Assembly: GCA_033762295.1 (NCBI GenBank)
Contig: JANRLW010000069.1
Coordinates: 120,110-184,109, forward strand
Length of the DNA stretch: 64,000 bases
Source of the DNA: Capsulimonadales bacterium
Lineage (GTDB): Bacteria; Armatimonadota; Armatimonadia; Armatimonadales; Armatimonadaceae
Direction: 5' to 3'
Numbering within the stretch: position 1 is the stretch's first letter; every line of letters starts with the position of its first letter. Below are positions 1 through 9,920 of this stretch, piece after piece. The notes beneath the pieces are model-generated. The model did no database searches. It was given only the letters and a program-made list of their open reading frames with translations, and was not told where the DNA came from. The translations under genes were made by a program, and so were the position numbers.

Positions 1-316
1 TGACCTTGCCGTCGTGACGCATCACCCGGACGAGGTGGCTGCTTTCCGGATCGCCGACCACAAGGGTTTTTCGAACGTCCGCCGGGTTATCCAGCCGGAC
101 GCCGCCGGATTGCAGGGACGGGCCGTGACAGGGAACGCACTGGGTCACGAGAACGGGGCGCACCTTCGATTCGAAGAAGGTCGCCTGTTCCGCCGTCGCC
201 GTCGGCAGGGCGACGGGAGGCGGCTGGGCAATGCCGAAGGCATTGAAGACAAGGGTTCCCGCCATGGCGAGGATGGCGGCGACTCCGTGGGACCCGCGTG
301 TACGTCGGAATGCCAT
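1..316 (-). CDS. Planctomycete-type cytochrome c domain protein (PSCyt1; probably DUF1549/DUF1553 family), 5' part only, runs off the window
   Basis: Manual translation from ATG 316: MAFRRTRGSHGVAAILAMAG...FFESKVRPVLVTQCVPCHG...SGGVRLD. Signal peptide, FFExKVRPVL and a CxxCH heme motif. Not in the ORF track because it is truncated. Confidence 0.8.
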   Translation of the reverse strand, partial: MAFRRTRGSHGVAAILAMAGTLVFNAFGIAQPPPVALPTATAEQATFFESKVRPVLVTQCVPCHGPSLQSGGVRLDNPADVRKTLVVGDPESSHLVRVMRHDGKV

Positions 317-452
317 CGTTTTCTTGCTTTCCTGCAATTTCCGCGATAATTGCCCTAGTATAACAGGAAATCGGGCACTTGAACACGAAAATTTTAACGC
401 TGATTAAGGAATGGTTTCGCCGCGAACGGGCGGAATCGGAGGATCGTACTCG

Positions 453-1490
453 ATGAGGAACCTTGCCATGTCGCGCCGAGCGGGACTCACCTGCATGGCC
501 GCCGTACTGGTGCTGTTTGTGACCGGATGCGGTGAGCAATCCGCCGAGACGGCGTCCGCGACGCCTGCCGCCGGTTCGTCCTCTTCACCCTCGACGGGCG
601 GGGAAGGGAAGAAACTGACCGTTGCCGTCATTCCGAAGGGGTTGACTCATGTCTTCTGGCAGTCGGTCAAGGCCGGAGCGGAAAAGGCGGGGGGCGAGAT
701 GAACGTCACCGTCGAGTGGCAGGGAGCGCAGAAGGAGACCGATACCGCGGCGCAGATCGGTATCGTGGAGAACGCGATCAACCGTAAGGTGGATGGCATC
801 GTTCTGGCCCCGCTGGACAAGGCCGCGCTGGCCGGGGTCATCAAAAAGGCGCATTCGACCGATATTCCCCTGACCGTGATCGACTCCGCCGCCGATGTCG
901 CGGAGTCGGAGTACGTCTCCTTCGTCGCCACCGACAACAAAAAGGGTGGGGAGATGGCCGCCGAACGGCTCGGAAAACTGCTCGACGGCAAGGGGAAGGT
1001 CGCCTTCATTCCGGTACAGCCCAACTCGGCCTCGACGATGGAGCGGGAGGCAGGATTCGAGGAAACAATGAAATCCCGGTTCCCCGCCATCACAGTGATC
1101 CGGACGAACTACGGAATGAACGACCGGGCCAACTCGCTCAAAGTGACCGAGGACGTCCTGACCGCGAACCCGGACATTGTCGGCATCTTCGGACCGAACG
1201 AACCGGCGATCATCGGCGCGTTGCAGGCGGTCAAGAATCGAAATCTGGTCGGCAAGGTCAAACTGGTCGGCTTCGATTCGACGAAACAGCTGGAGGATTC
1301 GCTGGAAAAGGGCGATATCGATTCGCTGATCGTCCAGAATCCGTTCAAAATGGGATATGAGGGCGTCAGAACGATCGTCGATCTGAAGGCCGGGAAGACG
1401 CCGGAAAAGCGTCTCGACACCGGGGTCAGCCTGATGACGAAGGAGAACATGAATACGCCCGAAATGACCGCGCTGCGTTCGAAAGGATAA
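453..1490 (+). CDS. Sugar ABC transporter substrate-binding lipoprotein (RbsB-like)
   Basis: Lipobox VTGC; motifs VIPKGLTHVFW, VATDNKKGG, VGFD, VQNPFKMGY; SD GGAGG before ATG 453. Confidence 0.9.
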   Translation: MRNLAMSRRAGLTCMAAVLVLFVTGCGEQSAETASATPAAGSSSSPSTGGEGKKLTVAVIPKGLTHVFWQSVKAGAEKAGGEMNVTVEWQGAQKETDTAAQIGIVENAINRKVDGIVLAPLDKAALAGVIKKAHSTDIPLTVIDSAADVAESEYVSFVATDNKKGGEMAAERLGKLLDGKGKVAFIPVQPNSASTMEREAGFEETMKSRFPAITVIRTNYGMNDRANSLKVTEDVLTANPDIVGIFGPNEPAIIGALQAVKNRNLVGKVKLVGFDSTKQLEDSLEKGDIDSLIVQNPFKMGYEGVRTIVDLKAGKTPEKRLDTGVSLMTKENMNTPEMTALRSKG

Positions 1491-1494
1491 GCGG

Positions 1495-3006
1495 TTGTCG
1501 GACTCAGCCGGAAACGCTCTCCTGACGATGCAGGGGATCGTCCGATCGTTCGGCGCGGTTCAGGCGTTGCGCGGCGTGAATTTCGAAGTCCGCCCCGGGG
1601 AGATTGTCGTCCTGCTCGGGGAGAACGGGGCGGGGAAATCCACCCTGCTGAAAACGATCACCGGTGTACATCAGCCGGACGCCGGGCGAATCGAATGGCA
1701 GGGCGCGAACGTCACCCTGGATACCCCGGCGACCGCTCAGCGGCTCGGTATCCGGATGGTCTATCAGGAACTGAACCTCGCCTCCCACCTGACCGTCGCC
1801 GCCAACATCTGCCTGGGAGACGAACCGGAACGTTTCCCCGGCATTATCGACCATCGGGCGGTACGACAACGCGCGATCGACCTCCTGGCAAAACATCGGT
1901 TCGACCTGGACCCCGATGCGCTCGTCGGCTCCCTCGGTCCGGCGCAACGGCAGATCGTCGAAATCTGCAAGGCGCTCGCCGGCAATGCGAAACTGCTGTT
2001 GCTCGATGAACCGACGTCCTCCCTGGGCGAACGGGAGATCGAGGAACTGTTCGGGACGCTGCGCGATCTGCGCGGGCGGGGCCTCGGACTGGTGTATGTC
2101 TCTCACCGTCTGCCCGAATGTTTCGCGATCGGCGACCGGATCGTGGTTCTGCGCGACGGGGAAAAGGTCTATGAGTCGGATATTGCCCGAACCGATACGG
2201 CGACCGTCGTTCGCCGGATGGTCGGCCGCGAACTGGCGGCGTTTTACCCTCGCGACCGTTCGGAACCCGGACCGGTTCGCCTGTCCGTCGAACACCTGAC
2301 CGCTCCGCCCACGCTGAACGACGTGACGTTCTCCGCTCGCGCCGGGGAGGTCGTCGGCATCTTCGGCCTGATGGGGTCGGGGCGTTCGACTCTCCTTTCG
2401 ACACTGTTCGGTCTGCGTTCGGGCACGGGGACCGTTCGTACGGACGGTGCGCCGCTTCCGCTGGGAAAAGGCGCGCCGGTAGCGATCCGTCACGGATTCG
2501 GGTTTATCACGGAGGATCGGAAGCGAACCGGGCTGGCGCTGGGACGGTCGGTCCGGGAAAACCTGACGCTGGCCGCCTTGAACCGCCTGTTTCCGGGACC
2601 GTTCCTGCACCACGGCAGGGACCGAACGGAAGCGGCCGCGATGGTCGAACGGATGGCGGTGAAGACCGCGTCGACGGAAACGCCGGTCGGAACGCTCTCC
2701 GGCGGAAACCAGCAGAAAGTCGTCATGGGCCGATGGTTCGCGGCAAAGGCGTCCGTACTGCTTCTGGATGAGCCGACACGGGGCGTCGACGTCGGCAGCA
2801 AGGTCGAGATCTACCAGCGGATCAACGAAGCGACCGCCGACGGCGCGACCGTGCTGATGGTGTCCTCCGAACTCCCGGAACTGCTCGGAATGAGCGACCG
2901 CCTGATCGTTTTGCATCAGGGACGGCTGGTCGCGGACCTGGATCGCGCCGAGGCAACCCCGGAACGACTGCTCCATTTCGCCATGACGGGAACCGATATC
3001 GTATGA
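1495..3006 (+). CDS. Sugar ABC transporter ATP-binding protein (RbsA/MglA-like, two NBDs)
   Basis: GENGAGKST, LLLDEPT twice, LSGGNQQKV. Confidence 0.93.
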   Translation: MSDSAGNALLTMQGIVRSFGAVQALRGVNFEVRPGEIVVLLGENGAGKSTLLKTITGVHQPDAGRIEWQGANVTLDTPATAQRLGIRMVYQELNLASHLTVAANICLGDEPERFPGIIDHRAVRQRAIDLLAKHRFDLDPDALVGSLGPAQRQIVEICKALAGNAKLLLLDEPTSSLGEREIEELFGTLRDLRGRGLGLVYVSHRLPECFAIGDRIVVLRDGEKVYESDIARTDTATVVRRMVGRELAAFYPRDRSEPGPVRLSVEHLTAPPTLNDVTFSARAGEVVGIFGLMGSGRSTLLSTLFGLRSGTGTVRTDGAPLPLGKGAPVAIRHGFGFITEDRKRTGLALGRSVRENLTLAALNRLFPGPFLHHGRDRTEAAAMVERMAVKTASTETPVGTLSGGNQQKVVMGRWFAAKASVLLLDEPTRGVDVGSKVEIYQRINEATADGATVLMVSSELPELLGMSDRLIVLHQGRLVADLDRAEATPERLLHFAMTGTDIV

Positions 3007-3935
3007 ACCTGACTCTCGCCAAACGTCTGTTGCCCGCCGCCTCGCTTCTGCTGCTGACGATCTTCTTCGCAGTGAAGTCCCCGACCTTTCTGACTGTGGA
3101 AAATGCCTTCACCCTGGCGAACCAGTATGCTTACCTGCTCATCATCGGGATCGGCGCGACGGTGGTCATCGTCGCCGGAGGGATCGATCTCTCGGTCGGG
3201 TCGGTGCTGGCGTTATCGGGTATCGCCGCCGCGCAGGTCATGGTGCAGCGAGGATGGCCGGTCTGGGCCGGCTGTCTCTGCGGGGTCGGAGTCGGCGCGG
3301 CGATCGGACTGCTGAACGGACTGATTGTCACCCGTCTGCGGGTTCCCGCCTTTATCGCGACACTGGGAACGCTGTTGATCGCCCGGGGGCTTGCCCTGCG
3401 GATCGCAAAGGGCGTGACGATCGATGGTACGCCCGACGGATTTAATCTGCTCGCGAGTGGCCGACCGTTCGGACTGCCCGCGCCGTTGATCACGATCGTG
3501 CTGGTCGCGGTCCTGGTGGCGTTTCTCCTGAACCAGACAAAATTCGGTAGGTATGTCTATGCGATCGGTTCGAACCCGGAGGCGGCCCGCGTTTCGGGAA
3601 TCCGTACCGGTCAGGTGACCCTGCTCGTGTACGTTCTGGGCGGCGCGCTGGCCGGGCTCGCCGGATTGATCGAAACCGCACGGCTCGGTTCCGGAAATCC
3701 GACCGGCGGCAGCGGCTACGAACTCGACGTCGTAACGGCGGTGGTGGTCGGGGGGGCGTCGCTGCAGGGCGGAGAGGGCCGCGTCTCCGGAACGATTCTC
3801 GGCGCCCTTTTGATCGCGGTTCTGCACAACGGGTCCAACCTCCTCGGCGTCGATCCGTTCGATCAGAATATCTATATCGGTATTCTCATTATCGGCGCGG
3901 TCGCGTTCGACCAGTTCCTTCGTCGGATGCGCTGA
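3003..3935 (+). CDS. Sugar ABC transporter permease (RbsC-like)
   Basis: GGIDLSVGS, GRYVYAIGSNPEAARVSG, YELDVVTAVVVGG; ATGA overlap with the ATPase gene. Confidence 0.93.
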   Translation: MNLTLAKRLLPAASLLLLTIFFAVKSPTFLTVENAFTLANQYAYLLIIGIGATVVIVAGGIDLSVGSVLALSGIAAAQVMVQRGWPVWAGCLCGVGVGAAIGLLNGLIVTRLRVPAFIATLGTLLIARGLALRIAKGVTIDGTPDGFNLLASGRPFGLPAPLITIVLVAVLVAFLLNQTKFGRYVYAIGSNPEAARVSGIRTGQVTLLVYVLGGALAGLAGLIETARLGSGNPTGGSGYELDVVTAVVVGGASLQGGEGRVSGTILGALLIAVLHNGSNLLGVDPFDQNIYIGILIIGAVAFDQFLRRMR

Positions 3936-3942
3936 AGCCATC

Positions 3943-3976
3943 CCTTGCCCCCGGCGTCGGGTTGCCGGGGGCAAGG
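3943..3976. terminator. Hairpin between convergent genes
   Basis: 13-bp stem CCTTGCCCCCGGC / GCCGGGGGCAAGG. Confidence 0.6.
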
Positions 3977-3985
3977 CGGCGACCA

Positions 3986-6400
3986 TCAGTCCTTGTACGG
4001 GTCGATTTCGTTTTCCCCGGCCATCGCCACGCCGATTGGGGTCAGGGTATGCAACAGGCGGACCGTGCCGGCATGGTGGGCGAGAACCTCCTCGATCCGC
4101 TTATAGCAGTGCGGCGACTCGTCGGTTCCGCCGCCGCGCAGTTCGACCCCCTTATCGCGAACGACCCACGCTTCCATCATCCGGTGCGTGACCGCCCCCG
4201 GCGCGATGACCTTGCCGCCTTTCATCTTGCCGCGTGCTGCGGTCCGGCTCATCACGCGTCCCGCGCCGTGAACCGTCGAGTAAAGCGACTTTCGCGCCTC
4301 CTCGCTGTCCACCCCCTCCAGGATGACCGAGATATCGCCCATCGACCCGCCGACGAACCCTTTCTGGCCGGGGAACGCGGGAGTCGCCCCCTTCCGGACC
4401 ACATACATCTCCTGCCCATGGTGGGTTTCTTTCCAGGCGTAGTTATGGTGGTTGTGAATCTCCTCGACGATCTTCCCGCCCAGAATGCGCGCTACCTTCC
4501 CGCAGACCCAGTCCCGACCGGCGTACGCGTACTTTCCGGCCAGTTCCATACACTGCAGGTACTCGCTGCCGAGGGAGGAGCGCACATCCAGCACGAGTGG
4601 TTCGGCGTCCATTCCCGGTTTCGCCTGTCCCATCTCCAGAAAGTGCGTCGCCGTTTTGTGGCCGAGTCCGCGCGAACCGAAGTGGACACCGACCCAGACC
4701 CGGTCGGCTTCATCGACGAAGAGGTCGACATAGTGATTCCCCCCGCCGATGGTTCCCAACTGGTTCCGGGCCGTCTGCTTCAGGGTTCGCATCGCCGGAA
4801 GCTTCCAGGTCTCGTCGTCAAATAGTTCGTGGTCGACCTCCTCGTTGTTGTTCCGGCCCATTCCGAACGAGAGCTTCGAATAGATCTCGTCCATCAGCTT
4901 TTTGATTTTGGTCCGGACCTCGCGTGCCGGAATGTCCAGCCGGACCGCCTTGTTGCCGCAGTTGTGGACGACCACACCGCTGGCGACGAAGCAATGCGCC
5001 GGATCGCCGGTAACGATATCGAACACCCTCGTTTCCCCCTGCTCGGTGATCCGATCGATCGGGCACCAGACGATCTCGCCCGATACGTCCGGCGTTACGG
5101 TTTTTCCAGGCTCACGACGCACGAACACCCGGTCGCCGTCGATCGCAGGGCAGGCAAACCCGCAGGAGACATCCAGCTTGCCGGTGATGTTCGTCAGGAC
5201 CTCCCGCCCGGAAGTTCCGACGGACTGCCAGAAAACACTGGCGACCTCCGAGGCCGCAAGGCGTTTCAAGGAGGCATAGCAGAACCCAACCTCCTCGCAG
5301 AGGCGCACCTGCTGCGATACGCCACCGTGCACCTGCAGCAACCAGTCCCGGCGACCCTCACGCTCTCGACCGACCGGAGCAACCGACGCGGCGTATCCCA
5401 GACTCGTCAGCAGTCGAGCGACAAAACGGAGGGTGTCGGGATTCCCACCGGATGGCTTGATCTCCGGATTGGCCTTGCCGATACCGTCGAAACGAGGCGT
5501 CCGACAGGCCCCGCTGAAAAAACCGGAAAGGAACTGCGCTCGCATCCAGCGCGGTGACCGGAGAAGGTAGGGCATCGGATCGCAGCCCCACTCCTTGCGG
5601 CCCAACGGTGCGCCCAACTCGGCCAGCAAGCGATGCGGAGCGGTTGCGTTGACATGGACGCGAAGTTCGGTCAGGCGTCCGTCCGGGCCCATGCGTCCGA
5701 CGATACGGGCGCTGTAACCCAATCGGGCGAAATCACGGGAGATCGCTTCGGCGTCCGCCTCCGTCGTAGCGCGGATGCTGATGCGTTTCCCGTCGCGCGA
5801 CAGGTGTCCGTCGCCGCAAACGACTCCCAGAAGACGAAGGAGCGGCGCGGCGAACGACGACAGAAGAACCGGCGGCAGATCATGGCTCACGGGTGCCTCG
5901 TACGGTAATCCGAGGAAGGGTAAGCACGCCACTTTATCGCCCGGCTTCAGGTCGGCGGCGGGCTTCCAGCCGTCCGCCGTACGAATCAGATGGTCCGGAG
6001 TGCAGGTCAATGCGCGCCCATTCGTCAGACGCATCTTCCGTACCGGCTTCACCCCGCGGTCGATCGCCCCGAGGTTCGGCAGAATCCGGCGGACGGTCTC
6101 GCCATCCCAACCGATCACGGCATGATCCGGCAGGACGGATTCGATCGGAAGGTGGAACCCGTCGTCCGTCACTACCGGGGTACCCGAGGCGATACAACCG
6201 ATGTCGTAGCCGACACCGGACGGGCTTACTTTGTCGACATAGGCGACGACCCCGCCGATCGGTACGGCATAGCCCTTGTGGTGGTCGGCCATTAACGCGA
6301 CATCGGCGGCGTCCCGCGCACACGTGACGATCTGACGGAACGCTCCGTCATCGACCGGATCGCCCCAGACCTTGATTCCGTCAATCTCCTGCATTCCCAT
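3986..6400 (-). CDS. rtcB: RNA ligase RtcB precursor containing an intein
   Basis: DHHKGYAVPIGG, GVGYDIG/CG, LGTIGGGNHY, HFGSRGLG, NHHNY, VVRKGATPA, HGAGR, DESPHCYK. Confidence 0.95.
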   Translation of the reverse strand: MGMQEIDGIKVWGDPVDDGAFRQIVTCARDAADVALMADHHKGYAVPIGGVVAYVDKVSPSGVGYDIGCIASGTPVVTDDGFHLPIESVLPDHAVIGWDGETVRRILPNLGAIDRGVKPVRKMRLTNGRALTCTPDHLIRTADGWKPAADLKPGDKVACLPFLGLPYEAPVSHDLPPVLLSSFAAPLLRLLGVVCGDGHLSRDGKRISIRATTEADAEAISRDFARLGYSARIVGRMGPDGRLTELRVHVNATAPHRLLAELGAPLGRKEWGCDPMPYLLRSPRWMRAQFLSGFFSGACRTPRFDGIGKANPEIKPSGGNPDTLRFVARLLTSLGYAASVAPVGREREGRRDWLLQVHGGVSQQVRLCEEVGFCYASLKRLAASEVASVFWQSVGTSGREVLTNITGKLDVSCGFACPAIDGDRVFVRREPGKTVTPDVSGEIVWCPIDRITEQGETRVFDIVTGDPAHCFVASGVVVHNCGNKAVRLDIPAREVRTKIKKLMDEIYSKLSFGMGRNNNEEVDHELFDDETWKLPAMRTLKQTARNQLGTIGGGNHYVDLFVDEADRVWVGVHFGSRGLGHKTATHFLEMGQAKPGMDAEPLVLDVRSSLGSEYLQCMELAGKYAYAGRDWVCGKVARILGGKIVEEIHNHHNYAWKETHHGQEMYVVRKGATPAFPGQKGFVGGSMGDISVILEGVDSEEARKSLYSTVHGAGRVMSRTAARGKMKGGKVIAPGAVTHRMMEAWVVRDKGVELRGGGTDESPHCYKRIEEVLAHHAGTVRLLHTLTPIGVAMAGENEIDPYKD
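4961..6196 (-). mobile_element. Intein (412 aa) with LAGLIDADG homing endonuclease domain
   Basis: Starts CIASGTPV; block B TCTPDH; block F VFDIVT; ends VVVHN followed by Cys+1; endonuclease motifs LLGVVCGDG and FLSGFFSG. Removing it restores GYDIGCGN. Confidence 0.93.
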
Positions 6401-6559
6401 AAATCGTTCCTTGCTCCCACATACGAGGATTGTCCGGTGCCATGTCGCGCGGGCCGCGCGAATTGCTCAATGCGCCGTCGAATTCGATGACTCCTGCCGG
6501 ACGGGTATACTACGGGCGATGCCGCGGTTGACCGCGGCGCTACGGGAGGAAGCATCATC

Positions 6560-6901
6560 ATGCCGAAAGTGACGGTGGAGGGCCACGGTACGTTCGACGT
6601 GCCGGAGAACAAGAAACTGGTGCTGGGTCTGGAGGACGCGGGGATTCCGATGCTGCACCGCTGCGGGGGCGTACCCGCCTGTACGACGTGTCGTGTGAAG
6701 ATTCTGTCCGGCGAGGTCGCGCCGATGCAGGAAGCCGAGAAGGAGGCGCTCGAGGAGCCGGAACTGATCGCGAACTACCGGCTCTCCTGCCAGATTCGCG
6801 TGCAGAACGATCTGACCGTGGAACTCTGGAAGACGCTTCCCGAGTTTCGCGCCGAGAACAACAACCCGGAACTCGGACCCGGCGATCGACCGGCGGACTG
6901 A
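6560..6901 (+). CDS. 2Fe-2S ferredoxin
   Basis: HRCGGVPACTTCRV...RLSCQ; SD GGAGG. Confidence 0.9.
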   Translation: MPKVTVEGHGTFDVPENKKLVLGLEDAGIPMLHRCGGVPACTTCRVKILSGEVAPMQEAEKEALEEPELIANYRLSCQIRVQNDLTVELWKTLPEFRAENNNPELGPGDRPAD

Positions 6902-6909
6902 GAGGGGGC

Positions 6910-6936
6910 TTCCCCTCCCTCGGTAAGGGAGGGGAA
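6910..6936. terminator. Hairpin between convergent genes
   Basis: TTCCCCTCCCT-N5-AGGGAGGGGAA. Confidence 0.55.
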
Positions 6937-6947
6937 TTCGCACGAGG

Positions 6948-7622
6948 CTATCGGGTTCGGCGGCGAGCGATCAGTCCGAGCAGCGGCAGACCGGCGAGCG
7001 CCAGAGCGATCGCGCCCGGTTCCGGCGCGGGAGCGGACAACCGGAACGCCAGGGAGACATTCGGATTGACGGCCCAGACCGGGTCGTTCTGCGTCGGCGC
7101 GAAGGCGGAGTTCGGAGTCACCCCGGCGACGCTGTCCTGCCAGTAGATGGCGGACGTATCGAACGGATCGGTCAGGCCACCCTCACGCATACGGAACCAG
7201 TACGTACCCGCAGCCAGGGTAAACTGGGGGACATTGATATCGATCCGGGTGATGTTGGCGCCGAAGTTGTCGACGATACCGGTGTCGATCGCGGAAAACT
7301 GACCGATACCGGCGGTGCCGGATTCCAGGATGGTGCCGGGAAGGTTGCTCCCGCTGTTGTCGAAAATGAACCAGGAGAACTGCCCGTTGAACTCGCCGCC
7401 GGTGAGGTCGAAGGGGCCGACGAAGTCGGTCACGAAAAATGAAACACGCCCGATCGTGGTCGAACTGCTGAACGAGAAGTCATCGGCGAACGCACCGACA
7501 AGTTCGCGACTGCTGGCCGGGGACGGCGCGCCGTTGTCGAAAACCACCTGTGCGTGAGCGGAGCGGGAAGCGCCGCAGGCAAGGACGCCTGCCGCAAAGA
7601 CGATGGAGAGAAGCCGCTTCAT
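6948..7622 (-). CDS. PEP-CTERM sorting domain surface protein
   Basis: Signal peptide ending AHA-Q; C-terminal APEPG, TM helix, RRRTR. Confidence 0.9.
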   Translation of the reverse strand: MKRLLSIVFAAGVLACGASRSAHAQVVFDNGAPSPASSRELVGAFADDFSFSSSTTIGRVSFFVTDFVGPFDLTGGEFNGQFSWFIFDNSGSNLPGTILESGTAGIGQFSAIDTGIVDNFGANITRIDINVPQFTLAAGTYWFRMREGGLTDPFDTSAIYWQDSVAGVTPNSAFAPTQNDPVWAVNPNVSLAFRLSAPAPEPGAIALALAGLPLLGLIARRRTR

Positions 7623-7752
7623 AGCAACCCTGTCCTTTCTAATTTTGGCTCCGTCCGCCGCTCTTGCCGACGCGGTGAGGACACCGATGGGATTCTACCC
7701 ATAAGCCAAAATTTTCAATCATTACCAGCCGTCAATGAACAAATTCAGGCTG

Positions 7753-7791
7753 AAAAAATGGAACGGTTTCGATGAAACCGTTCCATTTTTT
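7753..7791. terminator. Intrinsic terminator downstream of speD, possibly bidirectional
   Basis: 18-bp perfect inverted repeat AAAAAATGGAACGGTTTC-GAT-GAAACCGTTCCATTTTTT. Confidence 0.75.
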
Positions 7792-7812
7792 TCGGTGATG
7801 GTGTCGGGTCAG

Positions 7813-8271
7813 TCAGCGCAGGTCCGACCAGCGGGTCAGTTCGCTACGGACATTACAGCCCCAGTGAATGCCGCGGTCCTGCACATTCTCCTCGACCACC
7901 CGGTAAGTCCGGTAGTGGCGGCGAAGGATCGTGTGGACGTCCTCCACATCGAAGTGCTTGCAGGAGAACACATCGAGGAACAGTTCGCCGAGACCGGGAT
8001 AGGTATGGATGGCCGCATGGCTCTCATACAGAATGACGACCCCGGAGGTGCCGTACTTTTCGGTCGTACCGCCTTCATAGCCGACCAGCGGACCGGCCAG
8101 AATGCGCATGCCGATGTGACCGACGAGTTCCACCAGAAACTCCTTGACGGTTTCCGGATCGTTGAGCGCGCCGGGAGGTTCCAGATCGGCGATGCGCAAG
8201 GTTAGGTGGATACCGTAGGTTTCGACGGACGACGGGGGTAACGAAACAGGCGTGGTTAGCACTGCGGACAT
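7813..8271 (-). CDS. speD: Pyruvoyl-dependent S-adenosylmethionine decarboxylase family proenzyme
   Basis: GTSGVVILYE-SHAAIHTYP self-cleavage motif; DVFSCK. Confidence 0.85.
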   Translation of the reverse strand: MSAVLTTPVSLPPSSVETYGIHLTLRIADLEPPGALNDPETVKEFLVELVGHIGMRILAGPLVGYEGGTTEKYGTSGVVILYESHAAIHTYPGLGELFLDVFSCKHFDVEDVHTILRRHYRTYRVVEENVQDRGIHWGCNVRSELTRWSDLR

Positions 8272-8595
8272 ATTCGGATTTTCCTTTCCAGGGAATACGG
8301 GTGATCAAACGTGCGAACGGTGGACGCGGAGACGCAACAAGGGCGTCGATGATGAGGGAGTTTCAGGCAGATGTGGCCGTCTTAGATACTCTGCCGGGCG
8401 CGCAGAGCGTGACTGTAGGGGATAAAGTTGAGCAGGTTAAAGACGGATGTTGCCAATAAAGGAGTACCAGGAAAATGATCCGGGGAATTATATCACCTTT
8501 TCCGGTTTCGCAAGGTGCTTTTGGCGTCCCGGAAAAATAAATGCCCCGGAGACTGCGGCGGTCTCCGGGGCAATTTGGAGCGAGGACGCGCGGGT

Positions 8596-9762
8596 CTATT
8601 CTCGTTCGTCGACCGGAACGTACTTGAGGCCGTGCGGACCGACGTAAACGGAGGCGGGACGGATCAGTCGGTTATCCTCGATCTGTTCCAGCATATGCGC
8701 GGTCCATCCGGAGGTGCGTCCGATACCGAAGATCGGGGTGAAGATTTCGCTGGGAACGCCCACCGCGTGCAGAATCAGCGCGGCATACAGTTCGACGTTG
8801 GCGTAGAGATCACGTCCGGGCTTTTCCTCGGCGAGAACGCGCACCGTGGTCTCCTCGACGGATTTCGTCAGTTCGAGGAGATGATAGTCGTTTGTCAGGG
8901 CGGCCATCTTTTCGGCGGCCTCCTGCAGGCGTGCCGCGCGCGGATCGCGGACTTTGTAGACGCGGTGACCGAATCCCATGATACGTCGCCCCGAGCGGAT
9001 TTCATGGCGAATGAACGATTCGGCGAACTCCGGATTGCCGATCGCCTGAAGCATCTTGAGGACGGGACCGGGAACCCCACCGTGCTTGCTGCCCTTCAAC
9101 GCGCCAATCGCGCCGGTAAGCGCGGAGATCATGTCGGAGTCGGTGGAAATGATGCAGCGTCCGGTAAAGGTCGAGGCGTTCAAACCGTGCTCGGCGATGG
9201 CGACCAGGTAGGCGTTCAGTCCGTCGACCCGGGCGGGGTCCGGCTCCTTCCCTTCGAGCATGTACAGGAACCCGGCGGCCAGTCCGTGTTCCGGTTTCGG
9301 CTCGACAATATCGAGTCCATGCTTCAGGCGGTAGGTATGGGCGACGATCGCCGGCATCTGGGCCTGCAGTCGGGCCGCGCGACGTCGGCAGTCCGCCAGG
9401 TCAAGACTGTTGACGGTCGGATCGGCAATGGACAGCATCGAAGCGCCGATGCGCAGAATATCCATTCCCTCGGCGAACGGCGCGACGGTTCGCAGGGCGG
9501 AGAGGACGCCGCCGGGAAGGTGGCGCGCGGAGGCCATTTCGTCTTTGAGGCCGTCGAGTTCCTTTCGGTTCGGCAGCTTGCCATGCCAGAGCAGGTAGGC
9601 GACCTCCTCGAACTGAACGTTGCCCGAAAGTTCGCTGATATCGTAACCGCGCAGGGTCAGACGACCCTTTTCCCCGTCCACTTCCGCGATCTTGGTCGCG
9701 GCGGCGACGATGCCTTCCAGGCCACGCGCCACCGGAGGAGGGGTTTTTGTTTCTTCGCTCAT
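8596..9762 (-). CDS. Citrate synthase / 2-methylcitrate synthase
   Basis: GLEGIVAA, EHGLNASTF, KHGG, MGFGHRVYK.RDPR, ANVELY. Confidence 0.93.
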   Translation of the reverse strand: MSEETKTPPPVARGLEGIVAAATKIAEVDGEKGRLTLRGYDISELSGNVQFEEVAYLLWHGKLPNRKELDGLKDEMASARHLPGGVLSALRTVAPFAEGMDILRIGASMLSIADPTVNSLDLADCRRRAARLQAQMPAIVAHTYRLKHGLDIVEPKPEHGLAAGFLYMLEGKEPDPARVDGLNAYLVAIAEHGLNASTFTGRCIISTDSDMISALTGAIGALKGSKHGGVPGPVLKMLQAIGNPEFAESFIRHEIRSGRRIMGFGHRVYKVRDPRAARLQEAAEKMAALTNDYHLLELTKSVEETTVRVLAEEKPGRDLYANVELYAALILHAVGVPSEIFTPIFGIGRTSGWTAHMLEQIEDNRLIRPASVYVGPHGLKYVPVDERE

Positions 9763-9920
9763 CGAGTTGTATCCTTAGACTCTATTGGATTTTGAATTCG
9801 GATGTCGGAATGGGATCGGTCGGGGGAATTCAGCGATGGTCGCGACGGCAATGCCGGTGTCAGTTTGCCATATGCGATGCCTTATAGCCCTTTAATTGTA
9901 GCCGTATTCCGGTCGGTTTG

